From assembly GCF_018350175.1 (NCBI RefSeq), contig NC_058373.1:116500001-116564000 (forward strand): DNA of 64,000 bases, in the 5' to 3' direction. The stretch comes from Felis catus (Eukaryota). Below, piece after piece: positions 23,517-35,489 of the stretch. Position 1 is the first letter of the stretch. Every line of letters begins with the position of its first letter. The notes beneath the pieces were generated by a model that saw only the letters and a list, made by a program, of their open reading frames with translations, did no database searches and was not told where the DNA came from. The position numbers and the translations under genes were made by a program.

Positions 23517-26500
23517 GATGTAGGAGTCTAGATTTCGGGGAGGTGTCTGGACCAGAGATATAAATTTGAGGGTAGTCAGAATATGGATGTTACTTAAAGT
23601 CATGAGATTGGTGAGATAACCACAGGATGATAAGAGACCACAAAGAGAAGGTGTCTCTAGAGACCTGGGGACTTCTGAGTTTAGAGACTGAAGACTGAGA
23701 AGGCCAGAAAGCTGGAATAAGAGCCAAGACAGACTCTTAGCCTAAAAGCCACATGAAGAAAGTATTTCAAGGATAAGAGTGAGCAACATTTCCCCACTGC
23801 TGAGGGGTCACATGAGGTGAGGATGAGCGCTGACTGCTGGATTTAGCACCAAGGCAGTCACTCAGGACCCTGAGAAGACCTGTTTCCTTGGACTGGTAGG
23901 GGTAAAAGGCTGTCCAGGGTGGATTCAAGAGAATGGAGGAGAGGAACTGAAGACAGCAAGCATGGCAAAACCTTTCGGAGATTCCAGGGGTAAAGTGAAG
24001 TGGAGGGCGACATGGAATCTAGGAAATGTCTTCTTCTTCTTCTTCTTATTTTTACTATGGCAGATAATACAGCATGCAGACACTCTTAGAAGTGATTCAG
24101 TAGAGAGGGGAATTTCCTGATGCAGGAGAGAGGAGGCAATTGCTGAATCGATGTCTCTGGGTCAGAGGGGATGGGACCAGTATACGGTGGGAGAGGTTAG
24201 TCTTAGCTTAGAGCGCTGAGGGTTCATCACAAGGGCAGGAGGACAGAAGAGTTCCTCACAGTCAGGCACAGGTGGTTTGCCAGGGTGTCATCTGATTGCT
24301 TCTATTTTATCAATGAAAGAAGAAGCAAGGGCATTAGCTGTAATAAGCCAGAGGTTTGATGAAGGGGGAGAAGGTGTGAAATAGTCCTTTAGAAGAGTTG
24401 GGTAGTAGACAAGGAAGTGTACAAGCTTTGCTAAGCAATGTTAATTGATTATAAAGTTGTAGGTACTTAAACATATAATAAATACTATCATGCAGATGGG
24501 AGACTGAACTGTTCTAAGAAATCTAGTATTCAGATAACTCAAGTTATATCACATAGGGCTAAAACAATAAAACCCTAAAGTTGAAACAGCATTAGATATA
24601 ACTTAATTTTGGATGATTTGGGGGCACCTTGGTCCTTTCTAATAGTCAAGAGTAATTTTTCTGAATATGTATGTGTTAGTAATTCCCTGTAGATGTATAG
24701 TCAGTAACAGAAAGTTCTGAACTGATAATGGGATGGCCAAGCCAGACTTTAACTGAAAAATATGCAAATGTGAAATGATGTTTATAATATTATTAAAAAG
24801 TATCAGTTTTTGCTTGCTTGGTAGGCTTCTGGGTCAAAATTCATTCCACATTGGATATGTTAGGGTGCTTTGTTTTGTAGAACTGAATAACCAGAGGGAA
24901 TGTGTTCTAACAAACTAAGAAGGGAATTGGGAGGGAGGAACAGGAAATGACTAGATGTTCTCCTCATCCCTAGGAAGGGTTACACATTCCTTGTGTGTAT
25001 GTGGGAGGGAGTCAGGCAGAGGTGGGTAGAAGAGCCCAGAGCAAGGAGGCAGGAATGGTGTTGAGATATAATCTGTACTTGGCAAACTCTTTATTCCTAC
25101 CCTTTTACTCTTCTGTTGCCTCTTGTCTTCTATTTTGAAATCCCAAGAAGGCTAAGAGGATACACAGGGAGTGCCTGACCCAGAAAAGGTGCAACTGGAA
25201 CCTACAGCTTTGGTGGATTTCACCTTTAGCTCCTTCAGTAACGCAAGTGAAAGGTCTGTCATCAGTGAAGGGTAAATAGTAGCCTGGGGCTTTGAAAGAG
25301 CAGTTTTAGGTCCCTGGGACAATTTCTCCGATTCTACTCTGTCCGAAGGTTAGGGAAGTTCCCTTCTTAATCTGAGGCCTATACCCACTGTTGAGCCTGA
25401 TAAGCATTGAATAGAGTTAATAGATTTGGTTAGCACTTGGATCAGTTATTTCAAATGTATCAAATGGCTATCTGGGAGTCATAAAACAGGTGGCCCTGAA
25501 ATTGTGACTGCACTGGTGGATGGATACAGATTGGCAGCCATCCTTTAAGGGCAAAATTATGTTACCAGTTGAGTCAGAGCAAATGAGTTACTGATTTACA
25601 ACAGTGTACTATTCTATGAAAGATGGCTCCTTAAAACACATCAACGGGATGGATGATGATACTCTATTGAGTTTCTTTGTAAAAAAATTTATATTAAAAA
25701 CACCAGTGTGTAATTTTAAGGCCTGCCCTCCCGCCCTCCCTTCCTTCTCTCCTTCCTTTCTTTCTTTTTTCCTTCTCTTCCTCCCACCTCCTTCTAGTTA
25801 TTTTGGTGGGATGTGGATATATTCAGTTTTGGTCTTTGTTTTGAGTTAGTGTATTTATTAAATAACAAGGAATCTGTTTCGAGTTAGTGTAAAACCAAAT
25901 CTTGAACAATGGATTCCCTGTGAAATTACTGTAACATGGTTAATATTTTTGTTGTTTTTATAGTTGAGACAAGAGAAACTTTAAAATCAACTTGTCCACA
26001 CTTAAATAACTTTGTGAAACGGATCTATAAAATGAAACACTCATTTGTTATTTTTTTGATATAAACGGAAAATATGTTATTTATTGGAAATTTTTATAGG
26101 TCTAAGAGCTATAGAATTTTAAAGCTGTACGATCTCATATCTGGGCTATCCCCTCATTTTACAGATGAAGAATTGGATTAAATGACTTCTCAAGGAGACT
26201 CAGTTATTAGGGACACAGAAAAACTCAAACCTAGTCTCCTGAAGTTAGCCAGTGCTTTTCAATCACTGTATCCTTTAGGTTTCTAAGGTAAAAACTTTCA
26301 TCAACCTAGTGCTTTAAGCTTGCACTTGACCCAAAAGAGTCTTAACTGCCTAGTCTTCATGCCCTTTCCTAGGTTTTCTAGTTCTGTGGGATTGAATTAA
26401 ATCACAGTTTTCTCATATTAATGTAAGTAGGAATGGGATTTATTAGTTTTTTATTGAGATATAATTCACTATACCATGGAATCTATTTTTCACTCATCCC

Positions 26501-27425
26501 TTTTGAAATCTAAAGTTTAAGCTTAACTTCCATTCACAGCATCCATTTTATTTAGGCACTATTTAAAGCCCCCAAAGAAAAGTTTCTACGATTAAAAGAA
26601 GAAACAGGGTGTGAAAAGATTTCGTCTTCATCCTTAGCAGCATTTTGAAGTAGGTTTGGAGGCCTCTGAAAAGCTTAATGATTAAACAAAACAAAACAAA
26701 ATAACTCCCCCCCCTTCACCCCGGGGTTTTTTAATGAGACAAAGATGGAGAAAGGAAGGACTAGAACTATTGAAAAACAGACACATTCTGTGTGAACAGA
26801 AACGCGCAGATAGAAATAGAGTACAAAATATGGCTGTGGAGCAGAAACTTACCTTCTAAGGTAAATAGAGAAATAGATACATACTCTACCAGGTAGGGTG
26901 AAAGGAAAGTATTAGAACACGCACAGACTCCTGTGCTCCCTTTCCCCCAATAGACATTAAGTAAATAGCTACTATGTACCAAGTCTGTGGAGGCGCTGAG
27001 AACACAAACATGAAGAAGCTGCCAGATCCTCAAGGAGCCCAGCCTGGTGGTGGTGGTGATGGGGAGGCGGGGGAGGGAGGAGAGAGGGAGCCTAAGGAGT
27101 GGAGGCTGGCGGATGAGATTAGACGGGAGGGCTGAAAAACTGAATATACAGTTGATATTTGGGGATACAGATACGTGCTGGCTTCTGTGACAGAAATCTC
27201 CCCCTGAACCTCTGGGGGAAAAAATTAGCTTCATTTGCCAAATTTGGCCAGATATGACGCTGTTCTACAGATGTCCTCTGGAATAGGCTTAAAAATCCTC
27301 CTCTCGCTTCTGGCCCTCGATTTCCCCACCATTAGGGTGTCTGGCAAGGGAGGGGGCAGGTTGAAAACTGCACCCACGTTTGCAGCCTCGGCTCTCTGCT
27401 GGAGACAGGAATCCAGGGCTTTGCC

Positions 27426-27439
27426 GTCGTCATAGCAAC
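27426..27439. promoter_or_regulatory. RFX X-box-like motif
   Basis: GTCGTCATAGCAAC versus consensus GTTGCCATRGCAAC. Confidence 0.55.
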
Positions 27440-27510
27440 TAGGAGTTCCGCGGTCCCCCACCTTCCTCCAACTCCTACTTCCCCCGCCGGCCTGGCAGAG
27501 CCGCCGCTTC

Positions 27511-27520
27511 TCTCGCGAGA
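27511..27520. promoter_or_regulatory. CGCG element / BANP motif
   Basis: Perfect palindrome TCTCGCGAGA ~130 bp upstream of putative exon 1. Confidence 0.8.
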
Positions 27521-27647
27521 TTTGAGCGCAGTGCCGAGCGGCCCAGAGGTGATCTCACCCGAGACTTGCGGAGGGAGGGAGTGAAGGAGGGGAAGGAATG
27601 GGGCGGGGAGGCGGGGAGGCGAGGGGAGTGGAAGGGAGGGAAGGGCG

Positions 27648-27705
27648 AGTGAGGCGCCGCCACCGCCGGCAACTTTGTGAGCGAGTTCAGTGCGTGCGTG
27701 AGCGA
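27648..27705 (+). other. Putative non-coding exon 1 (start approximate)
   Basis: Follows GC boxes; ends at donor CGA|GTAAGC (27706); no ATG. Confidence 0.55.
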
Positions 27706-28346
27706 GTAAGCGAAAAAGTCAGTGCGGCGCCGACTTCCCGGGAGGAGGGTCCCCGGGGAGGGCCAGGTCTGGGCTTCAGAGGCCGCCCCCCAGCCACTCC
27801 ATCTCTTCCCGCCTCCGTGGCTCCCTCCCCATTTCCTCCCCCCACCGGTCCTCCCGGGCCTTCCCACCCCCGTCTGCAGTTACCTGTCTCCTCCCCCCAC
27901 TCGGCACGCACGTCCCCTTCCCCTGCGTCCACCTTCGACCTCCAAGACCCCGGCCCCCCAGCCACCCCATACTCGCTTTACTCGCCGGCTGCCCCTGCCC
28001 CCAGCTTTTTCTCCTGGGGGCTGGCGGGCGGCATGGGGGGCGCTGAACCTCGGAGGCGGCGCGAGCGGGGACCAGGACGCCCAGACAATAGTTGATGCCC
28101 GGGGACGGGGGCACCTCCGTCCCCCACTCCTCCAGGAGCGCGGCCCCCACAGGCTGCTCTCCAGCCTGCTTTCCGGGTTCCCCTCGGAGTGGAGCTCGGG
28201 AGTTGGGCAGATTCCGCCGCCACTTCCCCCGGGCCCCCCTCCGCTAGCCGCCCGCCCCGGCCCGGCCTCGCTGCCCGCCGTTCTCCGCAGAGGAGGCGGC
28301 GAGTGAGCGCGCGCCGACCGTCCACAAGGTTTCTCTTTCTCCCTAG

Positions 28347-28406
28347 GGAGAGCGCGCGGCGGACGCGCCCCGGACGCGCGGTGGCACCGGGAGGCCGGGC
28401 AGAGCG
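28347..28406 (+). other. Putative 60-nt non-coding exon 2 (5' UTR)
   Basis: Acceptor TTTCTCTTTCTCCCTAG| ending at 28346 and donor GCG|GTAAGT at 28407; no ATG. Confidence 0.7.
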
Positions 28407-31400
28407 GTAAGTGGCTCCCGCGCCCCGGGGTCCGGGCAGGGGAGCGGGGGTGAAGGACTGTTGACAGCCCCCCCCATTGCATTTCTGGCCGGGGCTCGGG
28501 TGCAGGGCCCGGAGCGGGATTCGGGAGGCCGGTCAAAGTTTTATTTCCGATTTGGTGGCGTGCTGATAGCGCAGCCCGGCGGGGGCGAGTCCGGGCTGCA
28601 CCGCGCACGGCGCGCGCGCACGCACCTAGGAACCCGAATCTGCATAACTACCGGCAGAGCGCCTCCGCCAGAGGCCGGGAGACCCGCGCCCCCGTCGGGG
28701 TGGCTGCGCCCACCCGGCAGCTCTCGTCTCCACCGGGCACCCTTCCCCTTCAGTCACCTGGGTGAGCGCTTTGCAGGCTGCGTTGGAAAGGACAGGCCGA
28801 GGGGTTTAGTCATGGGAAAGGGAGAAGAGAGCTCGGTGCCCGCGGGTGGTTAATTTCTCTCCCCGGGTCCGGGGGACAGGGAAAGTAGGGGATGCTCTAA
28901 CCTGCTTTCCTTGGAGCAAGTAAACCTCGAGAGGGCTGGGGAGGCGTGAGGGTGCTTCAAAAAGAACTTTTCCTCTTTAGCCTCATCTGTTTCCAACTTC
29001 TCCTGCCCTTAAAGGAAATTTGCGAGGCTCCCTATCGCTTCACGGCATATCTGCGTGGACATGTAGCCGTATTGGGCAGGTTGAAATTTCGAGTTTGACC
29101 GTTCGTTAAATATAGAGACAAGGGAAATGGCTCACTTTAGGGAAGATGTTTAATTGAGTTGTTGGTATTCGTTTTTGAAGGGAAGCATTTGGGGACTGAT
29201 GGTCCCTAGAGACGGCGTTTACCTTAATAGATTTAATTTTTCATGACGGGTGTTTTAGAGATTAACATTCACTGAAACTCTTACTACCTGCTGGACGATT
29301 ATATTTCTAAACTGGGAGCCAGTGAGTGATGCGATGCAAATTTCAGAGTAAAGGTGTCGTCTTTCATCGGGTTCCAGGTCTATCTGGATGAACTGGGGTT
29401 GGCGTTTCCTCTATAAAGTAAGCCTTTCATGTTGAAACTCTGACTCAGACTCTTAAAGCCATTGTTTTTATACTGGTACTCTGTGGGAGTTAAGTGTCAA
29501 CTTTCTCTTCTTTTCTCATATGGAATATTCATCCAAGGCAAAGATTCTCTGACTTAATCTTCTGGAAAAGTACAAGATTAAGTCCTATAGAATCATACTC
29601 TGCAGTCAGTTTAGTAACAGTATTAATTTTCTATATAATCCTGATTTAATGACTTTCACTTTTCTCTTATTTTTTGAAGGCTGCAATTAAGTCACCTTTA
29701 ACTAGGGTGGGGGAAAAAAAAACCCAAAAACGATGGGAATAATATAGAACAGTGGTAACAGCAGTAGTCTCAAATAAAAGGTTTACGTAAAGCAGTTTAT
29801 GGTCACTGATGTGTCCAAATAGTAGATGACATGCCAGTTATTAACGAGAATATTAATATTAAAGCATTTCTCCCATGGAATAAATTACTTATACTGAGGC
29901 ATCAGCAATTAGCAGTGCATTTAAAATGACTTGGGTAATGATTTGCTCATAAATGGTTAAGGGCAAACTAAGAGATTTTGGGGGATGGAAGGCTTTATGT
30001 GGGTGACAACTTATTTTCTTATCTCATTATGCTTAAGTAAAGGACTCTTGAAATTGACTATCATTAGATTTCTCTAGTTGATGGAGAGAACAAGTTTGGC
30101 AAGTGGCTCAAGATAGTCAGTAGGTGTTGCTGTTAGCTTCTCTGCGGTTCCTGGTGCTGCTCCTCCGGTTTGAAATTGCAGTTCTAGTACAGAGAACTTT
30201 TCAGATCTGAAGTGTCAGGCAATTGTTAGGATCCTATGGGAAGGTTGACTTGAACCCTTGGTAATAAATCCAGAGCCCCTGGCTTAGATTGTATACTGAG
30301 ATTCATTTAACTCTTTTCTTTCACTGTTACTTTCTGGCGTTTGTATTTACTTACTTTGCTTTTGCTTTGAATTGCATCAGTAATTTTGTTGTAGTGCCCT
30401 CTGCCCCACCAATTTTTTAAAACAACTTTAAAAAACTTAAAAAAAACCTTAAAGTCATAGATTGAAGATTGCTTGATCTTAGTGGTTTTGTAGACTTTAG
30501 GGGGGATCTTGGTTGACTGAGTTGAGACGTATATAAATCCTATGTTAAATTTAGTTTGAATTTTTCAATAAATGGCTGTTTTCTGTCTCTTTGAGCTGTG
30601 AAACAGAAGTATGAGAGGTAGAATAGTGTAAGAGTACAGATTCCCTGAATCTTTCCAATTGAGGGGAAAGTATGTAGTGATTGGTAAGAACATGATTCTT
30701 ATCAGTCCTCATGGCTGTGTTATCATTTCTGTTAGTCCAGATCAGTGTGTGTATAAAGTATGGATATCCTGAAGATTTCCAGGTGACCTCTCACATTTGG
30801 GCTGATCAAATTGGAGTTTCTCTGAGGAAGACACATAGATTCATCCTTCTAATGGAGAGCTAGATCTCTGATACAGAATGCCTCTTTCTACTGTTTTGTT
30901 TTCTTTTTTTTTCTTTCTATCTTTTGAATCAGATCAGAGGAGATCATACCTCAAATTCAGAAAAAAAAATTTCCCCCCATAGTATCACTGTATTCCTAAT
31001 CTTTTGAGGTGTATGGTGAGTCAGGCAATATTTGCTCAGTGCCTCTATCTGGGAGGTGTGCTGTTGGGCCCTGTGATTCCAGTGGGGCCATTTGTAGTAA
31101 CCTTTCCGGGTTTGGTATTATAATATGCCAATGTCCCCTGAAAGGTTTTGCGTAGCAGGCAATCAATTATTTTTAAATTTTAACTTACTAATTTTTGAAA
31201 TAATGGAACCCAATATTTGTCCTCAGAAAGTCTGGGTTTCAAATTTTCTGGCTAGGGGATCTTAAAAAATAATCAAACTCTCTGAACTGTCTTTCGGAAA
31301 AACTGTCTTTTTCTGCAGAGACGGGCATAATGCTTGTTTCACAGCTTTGCTGCAAGAATTAATGAGAAAATATGTTTGAAAGTACTTTGTAAGTCATAAA

Positions 31401-31429
31401 GTCTTATTTGCAATTGCATTTTCTTTCTG

Positions 31430-31620
31430 ATCGACAGATTCATAGATTATTGAAGCTAGAAGGGATTTTAAACTTAAATCATTTGGCCCATTTTCTCCAT
31501 TTTACAGGTGAGGAAACTGAGGCCTAGAAAGTTGAAGTGATTTGTGCAAGGTTATAGAAGAACTAGTTAGTTAGCGATCAGGCAGTGATTGGAAGTCAGG
31601 TTTCCAGATTTAACTGTACT
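31430..31620 (-). mobile_element. MIR SINE
   Basis: ccattttacaggtgaggaaactgaggcctagaaagttgaagtgatttgtgcaaggtta. Confidence 0.8.
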
Positions 31621-32474
31621 CCTTTGTTTCCTGTTTTTTTCCCCTTTGAGTCTGTAGATTAAAATTTGTTTACTACTCCCTCTCCTCCTAATTGTTCAGG
31701 GTTGATTTAGTGTCTACAATGAGAAGAAGGAAAGCTTAAGGAAACAAAATCCACAGTAAGGTTGAAACGCTATGTAAACAGCATTGATGTAGTATTTGGT
31801 AAGTAAGCTTTAGAGTTACTCAAATTACAAAGTTATGGAAAAAGAAATGAGTTAGTTAAAATATCTACATGGCAGAGCTGGTAGGCGTTTCCCCCGTGTT
31901 TTTTTTTTTTTTTTTTTTTGGTGAAGGATAGATATTATTAACTCAGCATAATTTAGAGAAGGCAAACTTCATTTGTTCTAGTTTACCATTTTCTTCCCTT
32001 CTTTATCTCATTTTTCATTTGTAAACGAAAGTGGCTGTACCTTCCCTGTTTCTGGTGGCAACTTGTAGACCTTCTCTCTGAGTTGCGTGTAAGTGTTACC
32101 AGGCCGGTGGGGGTTTGGTGGGGAGGATGGGTCAGGCGGAGGGATAATTGCACATAAAACAGGAACTTGTTGAAGGAGCTTCCTGCTGAAAATGCAACTT
32201 ATTTATATAGCACCACCCTACCTGCCGCTGGAGTAATCCGACCCAGGAGAGAAGAAATATCCCTGCCAGTTGGGTGACTGCCCTTTAGATGAGGGGCTCT
32301 CCTTTTTCCTGGGAGGATTAAGCATTATGTTATTCTTTCAGTGCTCATCCACAACTCTGTGTTTTGTTCCACGTACCGTGCTGTTTAAAATCTGGGTGTT
32401 CCACTACCTCTTGAGATTGACAACCCAACTTTCTATCCACTTCTTATACCAAAAGTATCCTTTGTTGGTATAAC

Positions 32475-32527
32475 AAGTAAATTGACCTCAAAAAAAAAAA
32501 AAAAAAAAAAGAAGTAAATTGACCTCA
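32475..32527 (+). mobile_element. Poly(A)-only retrotransposition footprint
   Basis: aagtaaattgacctca (32475-32490) + A20 G + aagtaaattgacctca (32512-32527). Confidence 0.8.
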
Positions 32528-32919
32528 TTAGTTGTTTTCCCCCCCTCTATGTCTAGCTAGTAAAAAGAAAAAAAAGCCAAACAAAGTCCACACACCTATC
32601 TGGCACTTAATTTTCCATAGGTTAGATGTAAATGAATTACGCGTACATGGTAACTCTTCTTCTTCGGGTGGGCTTTTGATGAGCTCTGGAGTGAGTCAGA
32701 AGCATGGGAAAGAATCCCTTCGCTCGGGATCTCTCCAACACGTGGTTTGAGCCAGGGATGGAATGAGGTGTGTGACTGGCTTTGTGAGCACAAGGGGAAG
32801 GAGACCCATCGGGGTCTGTCTTCCGAGGTAGGGGCCAGCCCACATCCATCTTCTGCTTTAATTTTGGCCTGGGGAGAGTAAAGAGACCATGAGTGTTTTC
32901 TTGAAGACCAAGAGGGATG

Positions 32920-33380
32920 ACCCCGAAATGCCACGGAGGAACGTCAGGGGCGGTTTCAGTCGGCCCCTCTTTAAACCAGCAGTGTCGTGGTGGGTGTGCC
33001 GCGGCGTCCCGCGAGGCCCTTTCTCTTTGCTTCTGCAAGTCTGGGATGAGAGTTTTCGGTCTTTAGATTTCTAATTTGTTACTTGTCATGTCGCACCAAC
33101 TTCTCCCTCTAATTAGGATTATAGTATGCCTCACTTTAAATTGTGGGAAACAGGCAATTACATAATGTTAGATTTCCCTCTTTCAATTCAGGAGAGGCGG
33201 GAGCGTGCAGGCGGGTCGGAGTGCGCAGGCTTGGAGAGGGAGGGTGTCTGGTTTGCGCCAGCACAGGGGTCACTCGGAGGCAACTCGGGCGGGCAGGACA
33301 GGACGTGGAACCTCGGCCCCCGCCGGCTTCTTTTTCCTCTTTCCTCCCCCAGAGCGGGTCCGGGTTAAATGACTTTCGCA
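32920..33380. promoter_or_regulatory. Small intronic CpG-rich patch (candidate enhancer or alternative promoter)
   Basis: Non-repeat CpG clusters gccgcggcgtcccgcg, gaggcgggagcg, cggcccccgccgg. Confidence 0.55.
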
Positions 33381-33618
33381 GATACAATAGTTAATTTTGG
33401 TTATTCCTCTTTCCACTTTCTCCACAAAGCCATCTTCTCCCATAGCTACAGGTACAATCATTAATTGGTTTTTGTGGTTTAGGGTCTTGCTTCCTTTTAG
33501 AATGAGTTCTGAACTGCTCACAAGAAAGCTAGTGAGAAAGGAAAAGCAAAGGGTTTCATGGTGAATGATCACATTTCTGTAATCCAGACTTGTGATCAGT
33601 CTCTTTTCCTTGGGTCCC

Positions 33619-33660
<42 letters not shown>

Positions 33661-33661
33661 T
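33619..33661 (+). repeat. (TAT)n microsatellite
   Basis: About 13-14 perfect TAT units. Confidence 0.95.
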
Positions 33662-34040
33662 CATATTCTAGAGTTATTTGCCTAGATAGGTATTCTGGTT
33701 GGATATATTATGAGCTCCTTGCATTCCCTTTAACAGTCTTAGTTCCCAGAACTGACTGTTGGTTTTTACAAGTTTCTTTGTGGCTCATGATGCTCTCAGA
33801 GACGCAGCTGACAGCTGAACTGTGGTATCTCATGCTTTCAGGAAGAGTCAGTACTTGTAAGGAGAGGCCTATAAGATCTATCCTTATAAATTAGTTGCAT
33901 GTCCTAAAATTTTCACCCAATTTGGTTAGTATTGCTGGCTTCGCCTATGTGTACCTAGGAAAAAAGTGGAAAGCAGTGATTTCCCAGATTTTTGCAAGAA
34001 ATGTCAGTTTGTGACTTGTTGGAACCAAACTGCTTTGCTT

Positions 34041-34254
34041 TAAAAAAAATTTTTTTTTCCAATGTTTATTTATTTTTGAGACAGAGAGAGACAGAGCATG
34101 AACGGGGAAGGGTCAGAAGACACAGAATCTGAAACAGGCTCCAGGCTCTGAGCTGTCAGCACAGAGCCCGACGCGGGGCTCGAGCTCATGGACCGTGAGA
34201 TCATGACCTGAGCCGAAGTCGGCTGCTTAACCGACTGAGCCACCCAGGCGCCCC
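34041..34254 (-). mobile_element. Can-SINE
   Basis: TSD ccaaactgcttt(g/t)ctt. Confidence 0.94.
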
Positions 34255-35284
34255 CCAAACTGCTTTTCTTCAGAAGACTTCAAAAATACATGTTCCTCTC
34301 CTTGCACTGCAGCTTGATGTGTGGTTGATTTACCGCCTCCCTTTTCCTAGGCCTAATTCTGGCTGCTCCTGTGAAAACCTCAGAAGGTTTTGCCCGTTTA
34401 CTTTGCCCAAGTCTAATTTATGAGCAGCTGGCGTTTCCTACGTAAAGAGAGTGTGCTGTGTGTCTGTATGTGTTTGGGGTGGGGTTTGACTCATGGCTCA
34501 GAACCTGTGAGGATGGCTTGCCCCGGTGGAGACCCAGTGTGGTTCCTCTCTTCTAGTTTGGGAGGTGCCTGTGATTCTTCAGAGCGTCTCCTTGTTACTT
34601 TATTTTTTTAAAGATCTTAGTGCTAATCCTTTGTAATAGGAAATGAGGTATAATAATTGCAAAACAAAATGTTTCAGTAGGTAAATGATAGGTTATGGAG
34701 AGCTACAGCGTTCACAGAAAAGGCTCATTCAGAGTTCGAGAATGTCAGCCTAATAATTGCTTTCGGTGGGATTGTTCTGAAGGCCGTTTTCAAGGCAGTG
34801 TTTTAAAATAGTGGTTTTCAGCAGTTTGGGTAGGATGTGTGTTTTGGGGGAGCAGGAAGTGCTTGGGTGGAGAGGGTAGGGGATCACAGTGAACTCTGGG
34901 GCTTTTCTCCGGGGCAGCAGGCGAGATATCAGGTGGATGGAGGGTTGAAGAGACTCAGTGGATGATTCTGTTATGCTTCTCCCCCACCCAGTTGAGAGCA
35001 CAGTAGTTTTTGTATCATTTTTGAACTTCTGCTTGACAATAAGGTAGACCAGTAGTAGGCTTAAAGCAGAGAGCAGCTGGCTGGGAGTATGTAAACTTAA
35101 TTTTGAATGGGTGAGAAGGAGAGAGCCTCTGGTCCTCTCTGCTAGCCTTGACTAAAAAAGACAACTTGGAAAAATCTCTGGAAATGAGTGCCAACACCTC
35201 AAAGGGTCAGGCTGCTTCGATTCTGCAGTGGAGGTAGAACGTGAAAATCCAATTTGGTAATCTTGTGTTGTCACTTAGACGTTT

Positions 35285-35475
35285 TTGTTTGTTTGTTTTT
35301 TTAATGTATGTTTATTTCTGAGACAGAGACAGAGCATGAGTAGGGGAGGGGCAGAGAGAGAGAGGGAGACAGAATCCAAAGCAGGCTCCAGGCTCTGAAC
35401 TGTCAGCACAGAGCCTGACGCGGGGCTCGAACTCACAGACCGTGAGATCATGACCGGGGGCCACCTGGGCGCCCC
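35285..35475 (-). mobile_element. Can-SINE with internal deletion in the tRNA head
   Basis: gagatcatgacc joined almost directly to gccacctgggcgcccc. Confidence 0.9.
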
Positions 35476-35489
35476 TCACGTTTTTTTTA

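Larger units (their letters stand above)
21830..24430 (-). mobile_element. Long decayed L2 LINE, interrupted by an LTR
   Basis: caacaaacatgcattgaaggcctact..ccaggcactgtgctggg (L2 3' end, reverse); ggcttttgagcaggga..gatctgactt; ggaccagagatataaatttgagggt. Confidence 0.8.
27400..28900. promoter_or_regulatory. CpG-island promoter
   Basis: ~1.5 kb of very GC- and CpG-rich, repeat-free sequence in an otherwise CpG-depleted window; GC boxes at 27600-27617. Confidence 0.95.

Noticed and set aside
27475..28853. Long overlapping ORFs (115-242 aa) on both strands in the CpG island
   Set aside because: Pro/Gly/Arg/Ala-rich low-complexity translations expected from stop-codon scarcity in GC-rich DNA; no recognisable domain, and many start at GTG/TTG
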